DNA of 64,000 bases, taken from the NCBI GenBank assembly GCA_045648505.1, contig JAZROD010000060.1, positions 45,904 to 109,903 of the forward strand, in the 5' to 3' direction. Positions 48,909 through 58,916 of this stretch are shown one piece after another. The position numbers and the translations under genes were made by a program. The DNA is from Clostridia bacterium. GTDB taxonomy: Bacteria > Bacillota > Clostridia > RGIG6154. The notes under the pieces were generated by a model. That model was given only the letters and a program-made list of their open reading frames with translations, made no database searches and had not been told where the DNA came from. How positions within the stretch are numbered: the first letter of the stretch is position 1; the number at the start of each line of letters is the position of its first letter.

Positions 48909-50453
48909 TTATTTGTTAAGAATACTTTTGCCTGTAAGCTCCATATCGCCCATGATACCGTCCACAAGCATTTTAACAGTATGCTTTGAAGGGGTGGTGT
49001 TCATTTCGATAAATGTTGGGTCTTCAGGGAAATATTCTGTTGCAAAGTATGGTGAACCATAGTTAACAATAAGCTTTTTCTTTTTATCAAAGAGATGTGA
49101 TGCCCAGATAAGCATATGAGGAACACTCCACTGTGCAACAAAGAATGCATTTACATTGAAAATCACAAGGTCATACTGTGACTGAAGTGCATCAATGTCA
49201 TTCTGCCAGCAAACTCTTGAAGGAACATCATAAATATCTCTTTCAACATCAACTTCAAAGCCGCGTGCTTCAAGTTCTTCTTTTAAGAGGTTTGAAGATA
49301 TTGTATCTTCGTCTGTTGCATCAACAACAAGTATCTTCTTAACCTTTTCTTTAGAAACAGGAAGAAGTCCTATGTTGTTTCTTAACATACACATACCGTG
49401 CTTGATACAGTCAAGCTTAACCTGATCAACATATGCAGGGTCCGGAGTATCATAAGTTTTGTTTTCAAGTGCATTTAATCTGAAACTTTCCATTCTTTCA
49501 ATTCTTGCCAAAGCATCGTCAAGTCTTGACATTGGAATTTCGCCGCTTAAAATCTGTTTTTCAATTTCTTCAGCTGCTTCAACAGGAGGCCAGAGAAGAA
49601 TATCTGCACCTGCTTTGAATGCCTGAACAGTTTCTGCCACTAAATTACCTGTTGCATTTCCGCCCATAATGAGAGCATCTGTAATAACTGCACCTTTAAA
49701 GCCAAGTTCACCTTTTAAAAGGTCTGTTGTTAATTTCTTGGAATATGTAGCAATAGGATAATATCCGTCTGATGTTTCATTGTCATAAGATTTTAAAGAA
49801 ACATGAGTTGTCATAACAGACATAACATCTTCTTTAAACATTTCCTTATATGTATAGCCATAAGTTTCCATCCATTTGTCAAAAGGAAGGTTGTTTGAAC
49901 CGGGACCGATGTGCATATTTACAAAATAAGTTCCAAGACCGGGGAAGTGCTTTGCAGTTGCGCAAACGCCCTGCTCCTGAATGCCTTTGATTACCTTTCT
50001 GTAAATTTCTGCAACAAGATTCGGGTCATCACTTATAGCCATAAGATACATAAGTGGGTCAAAGCACATATCGATGCTTGGTCCGAGTATCATATCAATA
50101 CCTTTGTCATTCATCTGCATACCAAGAGTTTTACCCCATTTGTATGCATCATCAAGGTTTCTTGATGCACCAAGTGAACGCTGATTGTCAGATAAAACAG
50201 TTTGTCCTCTTACTGCTGCAAAGTCTGCGCATACCCAGAGTCTGTTTTTTGAGTACTTTTTACATTCGTTTAACTTGTCGAAATCAAACTGTGTTCCGAT
50301 TTCAATACCGTTTTCATCACGAAGTACATCAGCTTCACCGTAGTAAATTCCGCCTACAGGATATTTTTCAAAAAATTTCTCAGGGCCACCGTGGGTATTT
50401 ATTTCACGGATGGTAACAGAAAATGTTTTGAAAATTTTCTCTCTTAATGTCAT
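48909..50453 (-). CDS. Glycoside hydrolase family 3 (NagZ-like beta-N-acetylhexosaminidase / beta-glucosidase N-domain)
   Basis: KHFPGLG motif and GH3 N-terminal domain. Start taken at MTLREK (50453). Confidence 0.75.
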   Translation of the reverse strand: MTLREKIFKTFSVTIREINTHGGPEKFFEKYPVGGIYYGEADVLRDENGIEIGTQFDFDKLNECKKYSKNRLWVCADFAAVRGQTVLSDNQRSLGASRNLDDAYKWGKTLGMQMNDKGIDMILGPSIDMCFDPLMYLMAISDDPNLVAEIYRKVIKGIQEQGVCATAKHFPGLGTYFVNMHIGPGSNNLPFDKWMETYGYTYKEMFKEDVMSVMTTHVSLKSYDNETSDGYYPIATYSKKLTTDLLKGELGFKGAVITDALIMGGNATGNLVAETVQAFKAGADILLWPPVEAAEEIEKQILSGEIPMSRLDDALARIERMESFRLNALENKTYDTPDPAYVDQVKLDCIKHGMCMLRNNIGLLPVSKEKVKKILVVDATDEDTISSNLLKEELEARGFEVDVERDIYDVPSRVCWQNDIDALQSQYDLVIFNVNAFFVAQWSVPHMLIWASHLFDKKKKLIVNYGSPYFATEYFPEDPTFIEMNTTPSKHTVKMLVDGIMGDMELTGKSILNK

Positions 50454-50778
50454 AAAAATCCTCTCCCATTTAAAAAAATAAATTTTTTTTAATTGTAGCA
50501 TACTGAATTTTAAAATTCAAGAGAAATTCAAAATTAACTTCAATTTATATGTGTAATACTTAATATATTTTACCCGGGTCAGATACAGGTAAATTTTTCA
50601 AAACGAAATAAAATTTTATATTGTGCAAAAAAAAAGCAAGATTATGCAAAGAAAAAAAAGCATATCCGTAGTATAATGTTTGATGGTATATGGTGGAGTG
50701 GAGTATACCCACAAAAAATTCGGCGATATACTTTAAAAAAGTAAAAAATTATGATAATATAATAAGAAGGAGAAAGGT

Positions 50779-51054
50779 ATGAAAAAATCAGAATTGATTG
50801 CTAAGGTAGCATTGTCTTTAAACAAAGACGAAGAAGATGTTAAGCTGGTTTTTGAAAAAGTTGTTGATGAAATTGTCAATCAGCTCAGAGACGGCGAAAC
50901 AGTAAGAATCCACGGGTTCGGAAACTTTGTTCCCAGACCTTACGCTGAAAGAAAGTGCTACAATCCCAGAACAGGGGAAAGCATTGTTCTTCCTGCAAGC
51001 GTTCAGCCTGCTTTTGTTCCGGGTAAAAAAATGAGAGTGATGATACAAAAATAA
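50779..51054 (+). CDS. hup: DNA-binding protein HU
   Basis: 91 aa, RIHGFGNF ... RNPRTGE arm motif (HU/IHF family). Confidence 0.9.
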   Translation: MKKSELIAKVALSLNKDEEDVKLVFEKVVDEIVNQLRDGETVRIHGFGNFVPRPYAERKCYNPRTGESIVLPASVQPAFVPGKKMRVMIQK

Positions 51055-51095
51055 TATTAAAAAATATTAAATAAATATATATATTAAGAAAGGAA

Positions 51096-54000
51096 ATGGA
51101 TATGAAAAGAAAACTTATTGCACTGGCATTAATGGTTTTTATGCTTTTGGGTTCAGTTACAACTCTTGCAGCTGTTCCGAATGAAGGCCAAGTTATTTAT
51201 GTCAGTCCAGAAGGAAGCGATTTTAATGAAGGTACATTTGAAAAACCTCTTAAATCGCTTAAGGCAGCAAAGGAAAAAGCGGCAACCCTGAATAACAACC
51301 AGCCTATAACTGTTGTATTCAGAGGCGGTTACTATTACCAGACTGAAGAAGTTGTATTTACACCAAAAGATTCTGGTACAGAGGAATTCCCAATCCGCTA
51401 CATTGCGTATGAAGGGGAAAGACCAATTTTTACCTCTGCAGTTAAGCTTGATGAAAAGAATTTCGAGGTTGTAACAGACGAGGAAACCCTTGCAAGACTT
51501 CCTGAAAATTCAAGAGGATATGTTCTTAAGATGGATTTGAAGAAGCTTGGCATTTATGCATCTGACGTTATATATGATGAAAAAGGTGAATATACTCCAT
51601 ACTGGATTAATTTATACCTTGACAGTAAAACTCAGCAGACTGCTGAATGGCCTAACGGTATTCAGAACTATGACCACTACTCTAAGCCATTATCTGCAGG
51701 TTCAACTTCAAAGACAAGCACAGATGGTGGTTCCTTTGAAGTTACAACACCAAGAATTTTCAACTGGGTAAATACAGATTTTGATCAGGCAATGACATTC
51801 GGTTACTTTGGTAACGACTATACTTATGCAGCTAACATTATTGAATCAGTTGATACTGAAGCTATGTCAGTTACTCATGCTTATGGTACATCTTACGGTG
51901 TTGCATCTACAAACTCAAGAAGATACAAGGTTGTTAACCTCCTTGAAGAACTTGATATTCCAACTGAATTCTTTTTGGACAGAAAAACAGAAACACTTTA
52001 CTACTATCCACCTTATGAGTTAGAGGGAAAAGACCTTCGTCTTTCTATTAACAATAGCTTTCCTCTTATTTCAGCAGATGGTTTAAGCTATGTAAACTTT
52101 GAAAACCTTGAATTTTATGGTATGCATAATGGCATGAGTTTTTCTAACAGCCACCACATAAATATTCTTGGATGTACATTCTTCGGTTCAAGAAGCCGTA
52201 TGATTGATTTTGTACAGGATTCAAATCGTACAGTTGGCGGTCAGAGATTAATTGGTCTCGGAGCTTATGCATTTAATTCAGGATGCAGCGATTTCATTAT
52301 TGATTCCTGTAACTTCTATGACAGTAATGTGGGCATGATGACCACAAGACTGGGTGATAATGCATATCTTGAAGATTCAAATTCTTATATAAGAAACTGT
52401 TTCTTTGAACGAAGCAGTCTTGTTAACGGTAACTCACCAACAGTAACCATGGATGAATGCTGCGGTGTTAACTTTGTTAACAACACAATGCATAACTTGT
52501 TCTTCCACGCAGTTAACTTTGGCGGAAGCTATAATAACATTCATTATAATGAAATTTATAATGCAACAAGAGACCCTCACGATGCCGGTGTTATTTACAG
52601 CTGGCGTGATTTTGCCGAAAGAGGAAACGATATAGCATATAATGTTATTCATGATACAGACAATACAGGTGAAAGAGTTTCAACCTCCGGTACAGTTGCT
52701 ATTTACAGTGACGGTGAAATGTCAGGTAATGCTATTCACCATAACATATTATGGAACAACGGTAACCCAATTCACCATAACGCAGGTGTAACAAACGATG
52801 TTTCATACAACGTTATGATGAGAGCAAGAAGAAAAGGTATGGCATTTACATATCTTAACTATGTATACAGTGCCGACTTGAGAGCAGAAGCTATTCCTCT
52901 TCTTATTGACATTGCACCATGGTGGCTTGAACAGTTCCCTGAGCTTGAATATGAAATTTATCATGCACAAAATATAAAGCAGGGTTCACATAATACAACC
53001 ATCAACAATAATATTTCAGACTCTAAAGACGGTTCATCAGCTGCAGGTCTGGCAACACTTAAAGAGTATAACAACAATGTTATCATTGACCCTACACAGG
53101 ATACATCAATGTTTGTAGATTATGATAATCACGACTACAGATTAAAAGCAGACCACGAATTTACAAAGGGTTTCCCTGATGCATTGACAGATAAAAACTT
53201 TGATTATGCTATGACAGGTGTTCAGGTAAATGAATACAGAAAAACTCTTCCATATTTTAACGAAGAAACTTCACCATTCTACACTGTTTACCCAAGAGAT
53301 GGTCAGACAGGTATTCACTCTAACGAAGTTTCACTCTATTGGGAAGTTGCAAGAGGTGCTGATAAATATACAGTTACCATTGCAAAGGATAAAGAAATGA
53401 AGGATGTAGTTGAAACTATTCTTTGCGAAAATACATTCGTTGAAAAATACACACTTGAAGACAACACAACATATTACTGGACTGTTGAAGCACAAAACAT
53501 TTCTGTAAACTCTCCTTCAAAATGGAAAACAGTAAGCGGTGTTAAGAGCTTCACAACAGGAACACCACTTGCAAATACAGTTCTTGCAGAAAATGCTATA
53601 AATGTAATGCTTGATGATGTGGATAAGATTGTAGAAGGCACAACAGAAGGTACATATCCTGCAGGTACAAAGCAGAGAATGCTTGATACAGTTGAAGAAG
53701 CTAAAAAAGCTCTTGCAAAACCTGACTTAACACAGGATGAAGTTGACGAAATTCAGGAAACAGTTGAAAAGGTTCATGCAGATGTAGGTACATCTATGTA
53801 TATTAAGACTGTAGGCATTGAAGACATGGTTAAGATGCCTTGGTATGGTCTTGGCGTTATTTCATGGGGTTCTGATAATCCTATGCCTATTGAATATGAT
53901 GAAAAGACAGGCATATTAAAAATAAGCTCTACAATTGATAACCACACAGCTGTTACATCACAGGATTTAAGTGATAAGGTTCTCAGAAAATACAGAATGA

Positions 54001-55961
54001 GAATCAACTGGAATGGTGCAGACACCTGGATGATTTTCGGTGAAAAAGTACCATATAACTTCGCAAATGACACCTACTTTAAGATTGACCAGAGAAATGC
54101 TGAAGGCGCAGGTTACGGATGGTCATCTTACTCAATAGTAGTAACAGGTGGACTTGGTCACCTTGAATTCCATGCAAGACACAGAAAGAGTGCTCAGGTT
54201 ATGGATACCATCACAAACACATACATCAAAGACGGTGAATGGTTTGATATTGAAATGGGTGCCATCACAACTCTTACAGGCGACCGTTATATCGTAAGAA
54301 TCAACGGTAAAGAAGTTTATAACAAAGCTATGGATACTCATGTTCTCGGACGACCTGGTAAATTCTATGTTTGCTTCCCTAAAAAGGGTATGAGTATGGA
54401 AATCCAGAATCCAGAAGGCTTCACAGAAAGTGAAGTTTACAGAATGGTTCCTGAAAGCGGTACAGTTGAAGCAGGTAAAGAACTTAAAGTGTTTGATATT
54501 ACAGATAAGCAGGATGCAAGCATGTGGAAAGCAGGTTCATCAGAAGTTGAAGTTGGTGAAGGCTTCGTTCGTGCAAAAGCAATTGACCAGAAAGCAAAGA
54601 GCTCACTTATCTACAATGCAGAACAGGTTTATAACTCAATTGTAAACTTTGATACAAACTTCACAGGTCTTACTCATGAAAACACTTACGTTATTTCTAT
54701 GAGAACATCAGATCCTAACGGTGACTTTATTTCAAAGGGTAATCCGAACTATTACTGCATGATTTTACCATCATATTTAATGGTATTTGCTATGGGTAAT
54801 AATGCTTCAACAATGATTGCCAAGGTTAAAAATAACGGAGTATATAAGGCAAACGAACGTGCGAACATTCAGATGGCAACTGTTGACTGCGATGGCGGAA
54901 CACGAATTGTTGTTGAAATTAACGGAACACGAATGGTTGACCAGATAGATCCTAACACTATGAAGGAACCGGGTTACCTTGTATTCTGGAATGAATTAGG
55001 TAACGAGGTTGAAGTTCTTGCACCTTCAAGACCTGCAATTAATCTTAACGATAAGTTATTTGACGAACCTTATGTTGAAAAAGGAGATCTTGTTGTTACA
55101 GCTGAGGAAGCAACTAAATCTTCAGGTGAATGGACAACTTATGGTGTTGGAGCAAACACATCACCAATTCAGGGTCATAAGCAGAAGGAAGGCCCTGCAG
55201 CTCTTGTATACGAATTAAGAGCAAATGTAGATACCTACGATGTATATTATTGGGGTGGTATTACCTATACAGGTGATGAAAACATTAAGGTTACAATTAT
55301 CTCTCCTTATGATGGTGAAGATAAGGTTTACTACCTAAACAGCAGATACGGAACTTCTGAATGGATTTACCTTGGTGCTGTTACAAGTACAGACGCAGTA
55401 ATCAGAGCAAGAGTTGAAGGCTCAGGCACAGGCGAATTATTGTCAGGTGGATTTAAGCTTGTTAAGGCTAACAATGATGATCAGCAGCTCAGCCGTCTCT
55501 TATACGCAAACAAAGGCGCAGTTGCACTTAAGGTTGGCAGCGATTTAGCATTCGTTAATGAACAGCCAAAATACATGAGTTCAGCACCGGTTGTTGTTAA
55601 CGGCAGAACACTTGTACCAATCAGATTCATTTCTGAAGCATTCGGCGCATCTGTTAAATGGGATGATGCTACTGCATCTGCAACTGTAAGAGCAGACGGA
55701 CATACATTAGTATTCACAAAGGATGCTACAACTTATAAAGTTGACGGTGTAGAAAAACAGCTTGAACAGGCTGCAACAACAATCAACGGAAGAATGATGC
55801 TTCCTATCAGAGTTATATCAGAGGATTTAGGCAAGAATGTTTACTGGGAAGAAAGTGACAGCGGATTTATCTTAATCAACGATAAAGACATTGTCCTTAA
55901 AGGTCTCGAAGAAAACATTAAGTCAGCGATAAATTATTATCTGAATTTAAAGGAGGATTAA
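51096..55961 (+). CDS. Giant secreted beta-helix surface protein (paralog of the 38729 gene) with C-terminal copper-amine-oxidase-N-like cell-wall-binding repeats
   Basis: Signal peptide and PbH1 repeats (HHNILWNNG...). FN3-like segment homologous to the 38729 protein. Two C-terminal repeats of the VNGRTLVPIRFISEAFG type. Confidence 0.7.
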   Translation: MDMKRKLIALALMVFMLLGSVTTLAAVPNEGQVIYVSPEGSDFNEGTFEKPLKSLKAAKEKAATLNNNQPITVVFRGGYYYQTEEVVFTPKDSGTEEFPIRYIAYEGERPIFTSAVKLDEKNFEVVTDEETLARLPENSRGYVLKMDLKKLGIYASDVIYDEKGEYTPYWINLYLDSKTQQTAEWPNGIQNYDHYSKPLSAGSTSKTSTDGGSFEVTTPRIFNWVNTDFDQAMTFGYFGNDYTYAANIIESVDTEAMSVTHAYGTSYGVASTNSRRYKVVNLLEELDIPTEFFLDRKTETLYYYPPYELEGKDLRLSINNSFPLISADGLSYVNFENLEFYGMHNGMSFSNSHHINILGCTFFGSRSRMIDFVQDSNRTVGGQRLIGLGAYAFNSGCSDFIIDSCNFYDSNVGMMTTRLGDNAYLEDSNSYIRNCFFERSSLVNGNSPTVTMDECCGVNFVNNTMHNLFFHAVNFGGSYNNIHYNEIYNATRDPHDAGVIYSWRDFAERGNDIAYNVIHDTDNTGERVSTSGTVAIYSDGEMSGNAIHHNILWNNGNPIHHNAGVTNDVSYNVMMRARRKGMAFTYLNYVYSADLRAEAIPLLIDIAPWWLEQFPELEYEIYHAQNIKQGSHNTTINNNISDSKDGSSAAGLATLKEYNNNVIIDPTQDTSMFVDYDNHDYRLKADHEFTKGFPDALTDKNFDYAMTGVQVNEYRKTLPYFNEETSPFYTVYPRDGQTGIHSNEVSLYWEVARGADKYTVTIAKDKEMKDVVETILCENTFVEKYTLEDNTTYYWTVEAQNISVNSPSKWKTVSGVKSFTTGTPLANTVLAENAINVMLDDVDKIVEGTTEGTYPAGTKQRMLDTVEEAKKALAKPDLTQDEVDEIQETVEKVHADVGTSMYIKTVGIEDMVKMPWYGLGVISWGSDNPMPIEYDEKTGILKISSTIDNHTAVTSQDLSDKVLRKYRMRINWNGADTWMIFGEKVPYNFANDTYFKIDQRNAEGAGYGWSSYSIVVTGGLGHLEFHARHRKSAQVMDTITNTYIKDGEWFDIEMGAITTLTGDRYIVRINGKEVYNKAMDTHVLGRPGKFYVCFPKKGMSMEIQNPEGFTESEVYRMVPESGTVEAGKELKVFDITDKQDASMWKAGSSEVEVGEGFVRAKAIDQKAKSSLIYNAEQVYNSIVNFDTNFTGLTHENTYVISMRTSDPNGDFISKGNPNYYCMILPSYLMVFAMGNNASTMIAKVKNNGVYKANERANIQMATVDCDGGTRIVVEINGTRMVDQIDPNTMKEPGYLVFWNELGNEVEVLAPSRPAINLNDKLFDEPYVEKGDLVVTAEEATKSSGEWTTYGVGANTSPIQGHKQKEGPAALVYELRANVDTYDVYYWGGITYTGDENIKVTIISPYDGEDKVYYLNSRYGTSEWIYLGAVTSTDAVIRARVEGSGTGELLSGGFKLVKANNDDQQLSRLLYANKGAVALKVGSDLAFVNEQPKYMSSAPVVVNGRTLVPIRFISEAFGASVKWDDATASATVRADGHTLVFTKDATTYKVDGVEKQLEQAATTINGRMMLPIRVISEDLGKNVYWEESDSGFILINDKDIVLKGLEENIKSAINYYLNLKED

Positions 55962-55962
55962 G

Positions 55963-58902
55963 ATGAGACTATATACAAAACTCATTACTATAGTTCTTGT
56001 ACTTACAATGGTGCTTAGCCAAGGGGTTTTAACACCCCTTGCTGCTGAGCAGTCAGCATACAGCGAAGAAATCGAAATCGTAAATGCATTAGGAATTATG
56101 GTTGGAGACGAAAACGGTGATTTCGCTCCGGAAAAAAATCTTACAAGAGCAGAATTTGCTCAGGTTTTAACAGTATTGCTTCAGATTAACGATTCAGAAA
56201 GCGCCAAAGCAAATGCTTGGTACTTCAAATCAGGCGAAGCAGTAGAAAATCAGGTTCTTAACTCAGGAAAAGTTCAGGCTTTTGCAGACGTTCCTGCAGA
56301 CCACTGGGCTTATGGTGTTATCGGACAGGTATCAAGCCTTGGTTATATGATTGGTACAGGCGAAAATGAATTTTCACCTGAAGAAAATGTAACAATCAAT
56401 CAGGTAAACAAAGTATTTGTAAAAATGCTTGGTTATGAAGTGTTCGCTGAAAGAAACGGTGGATACCCAGCAGGTTACAACTACACAGCATCATCAATCA
56501 AACTCTTAAAAGGCGTTAAGCACTACGGTGATACACCTATCTTAAGAGGCGAACTTGCTAAAATGCTCGTAAATATGTTTGATGTTGAAATGGTTGACAT
56601 CGGATTTGTAACAGATGAAGGTACTGCATCATACGAACAGTCAGAAAAAACATTCCTTGAAAGTGAACTTGGCGTTTACACAACAAAGGGTGAACTCACA
56701 AGCACATCTGTAACAGGTCTTTATGGCGAAAGCAATATCTCTGAAGGCGAAGTTGTTATCGGTGGCGTTGTTTATAAAGTAGCTGCAGGTGCTGAATACA
56801 TCAATGGTTTCCTCGGTAAATTTATTGATATTTACTATGTAAAAGATTCAAACGACCAGAATATCGTTCTTTATGCAGCACTTTCAGACGATGTTGATGA
56901 ATTTGTTATCGACATTAAAGATTTTGTAAGTCTTTCAAGCGGTGTTCTTAAATATAACGACGATAATGATAAAATAGAAAAATTAGATTTAGTTGCAATA
57001 CCTGCTATTATCTTCAACGGAACATCTGTTGATACAATCAGCACAGAGCAGATTAAATCATACTACAACGGTACAATTACTGCAATTAACTCAGATAACA
57101 AGGGCGACTACGAAATGCTTGTTATCGAAGCATACAGAACAATGGTTGTTAAGAACAATGCACGTAATGTTATTGTTAACGGTCTCTTAACACAGGGTGT
57201 TGATAAAGATGCAGTATTAAATCTTACAGAAGAAGCTACAAAAGATAAAATTGTTTCTATCTACAAAGATGGTCTCCCATCAGGAGCTAATACAATTTTC
57301 GAAAACGCTGTACTCGACGTTGCAGCAAGTGAAGGCGAAATCAAAGTAATCGTAACAAAAGAACCAAAAGATATGGTAGTTGCAGGAATTGCTGAAGACA
57401 TTGATGGTTACTTCCTTTACGATGCTGAAGGCAATGGTTATAAAGTTGCTGACGACTATGTGAAATCAACAGTAGCAAGTCTTCCAACTATTGGTGCAAA
57501 CTGTGTTGTTTACTTCAACAGCTTTGGCGAAATCGCTTTTGCTGAAGTGAACTCATCAGAATATGCAAACAAAGGTCTTATTATCGATGCTGCTGAAGAC
57601 GGCAGAGGCGGTCTTAAGAGTGGCGTTAAAGTTAGAGTTTTCAGTGATACAGGTAGATTTGTAGAATATATGCTTGCTGAAAAAATAACTTATGTAAACA
57701 GTCTTAATGAAGAATCAAGATTAAAAGATACAGAACTTCTTCCTATCCTTTTAGGTCTTAAAAATAAACTTGTAACATTTAAGGTTGACGAAGAAAAGAA
57801 TATCACAGGTATTAAAGAACCTATCAGAGTTGAAGACAGAATGAGCAGAGATCAGGGCAGACTTGGTGTTATCTACCAGTCAAATGATGCTCCAAGATAT
57901 GTATCCGGTGCAATTGACCTTACAGCTTATGCTGAAGCTGATACAGTATTCTTCAGCATTTCAGGCATAGTTGGACTTCCTGAAGAAGAAAAGTATCAGG
58001 TATATACAAAGAAAGATATGGACGCAGTTGCATCTACTGCAGAGCTCTCATCAGTAACTGCATATAACACAGAAAAAGATTCACCTAAAGCTGATGTTAT
58101 CGTTACTGAAAATACAACTACAACAAGACACATATTCAGAGATAACCAGAATGCAGTGTTCCTCGTTGATAAAGTTAAGTACGGAACTAATGCTGATGGC
58201 GACGAAGTTGTTACAGTTGAAGGTACACACATCGGCAACGGCAGAATGCCTGAAGGCAAAGCTAAAACATACACAAGTAAATCAGGTGCATTCTCAAAAA
58301 TGCATACAATGTTTGGCGATTTAACAAAAGAATGGACTGTTCAGAAGGGTGATATCATCCACTGTATGGAACTTGCCGGAGATGTTAAGAGTGCTCTCCT
58401 TATCTACAGAAGAGATTACAATTACGAAACTAATCCAAGATATGCAGGTGGCGGTATCGCAGGATTAGTAAGTGGTATTTATGATGGCAAACAGAGTTCA
58501 AACCCTTGTGCTATTGCAGTACTTGGTGTAGCAAACGACATTGTGGTTAACGGATATTCTGTAGCTACATATGGTTTTCCATCAACTGTAAATTCATCAT
58601 CAAGAAAAATATATGACTTATTCGCTCTCAGTGCAGACGAAAAATATATGACATTCACAACTCAGGATTTATCAGCTCCTGGTAGCGTTCCTGATTATAA
58701 CAACCCAGCTTATACTATTATCACAGTTCCTGTTCAGAGATATATGACTCAGCAGGTTAAGAAAGGCGAAACATACTCAAGTGGTAACATAGTATTTACT
58801 GACATTAAAACTTACGATGCACATCTTAATGACTGTTCAAGAGTATTTATGATTACATACGGCGGCAGCCCATATAAGATTGTCGTTCTTGGTGAAGAGT
58901 GA
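55963..58902 (+). CDS. SLH-domain surface protein (three N-terminal S-layer homology repeats plus Ig-like domains)
   Basis: SLH motifs FAPEKNLTRAEFAQVL and others. Signal peptide. Confidence 0.75.
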   Translation: MRLYTKLITIVLVLTMVLSQGVLTPLAAEQSAYSEEIEIVNALGIMVGDENGDFAPEKNLTRAEFAQVLTVLLQINDSESAKANAWYFKSGEAVENQVLNSGKVQAFADVPADHWAYGVIGQVSSLGYMIGTGENEFSPEENVTINQVNKVFVKMLGYEVFAERNGGYPAGYNYTASSIKLLKGVKHYGDTPILRGELAKMLVNMFDVEMVDIGFVTDEGTASYEQSEKTFLESELGVYTTKGELTSTSVTGLYGESNISEGEVVIGGVVYKVAAGAEYINGFLGKFIDIYYVKDSNDQNIVLYAALSDDVDEFVIDIKDFVSLSSGVLKYNDDNDKIEKLDLVAIPAIIFNGTSVDTISTEQIKSYYNGTITAINSDNKGDYEMLVIEAYRTMVVKNNARNVIVNGLLTQGVDKDAVLNLTEEATKDKIVSIYKDGLPSGANTIFENAVLDVAASEGEIKVIVTKEPKDMVVAGIAEDIDGYFLYDAEGNGYKVADDYVKSTVASLPTIGANCVVYFNSFGEIAFAEVNSSEYANKGLIIDAAEDGRGGLKSGVKVRVFSDTGRFVEYMLAEKITYVNSLNEESRLKDTELLPILLGLKNKLVTFKVDEEKNITGIKEPIRVEDRMSRDQGRLGVIYQSNDAPRYVSGAIDLTAYAEADTVFFSISGIVGLPEEEKYQVYTKKDMDAVASTAELSSVTAYNTEKDSPKADVIVTENTTTTRHIFRDNQNAVFLVDKVKYGTNADGDEVVTVEGTHIGNGRMPEGKAKTYTSKSGAFSKMHTMFGDLTKEWTVQKGDIIHCMELAGDVKSALLIYRRDYNYETNPRYAGGGIAGLVSGIYDGKQSSNPCAIAVLGVANDIVVNGYSVATYGFPSTVNSSSRKIYDLFALSADEKYMTFTTQDLSAPGSVPDYNNPAYTIITVPVQRYMTQQVKKGETYSSGNIVFTDIKTYDAHLNDCSRVFMITYGGSPYKIVVLGEE

Positions 58903-58916
58903 TAGGAGGAAATAGA

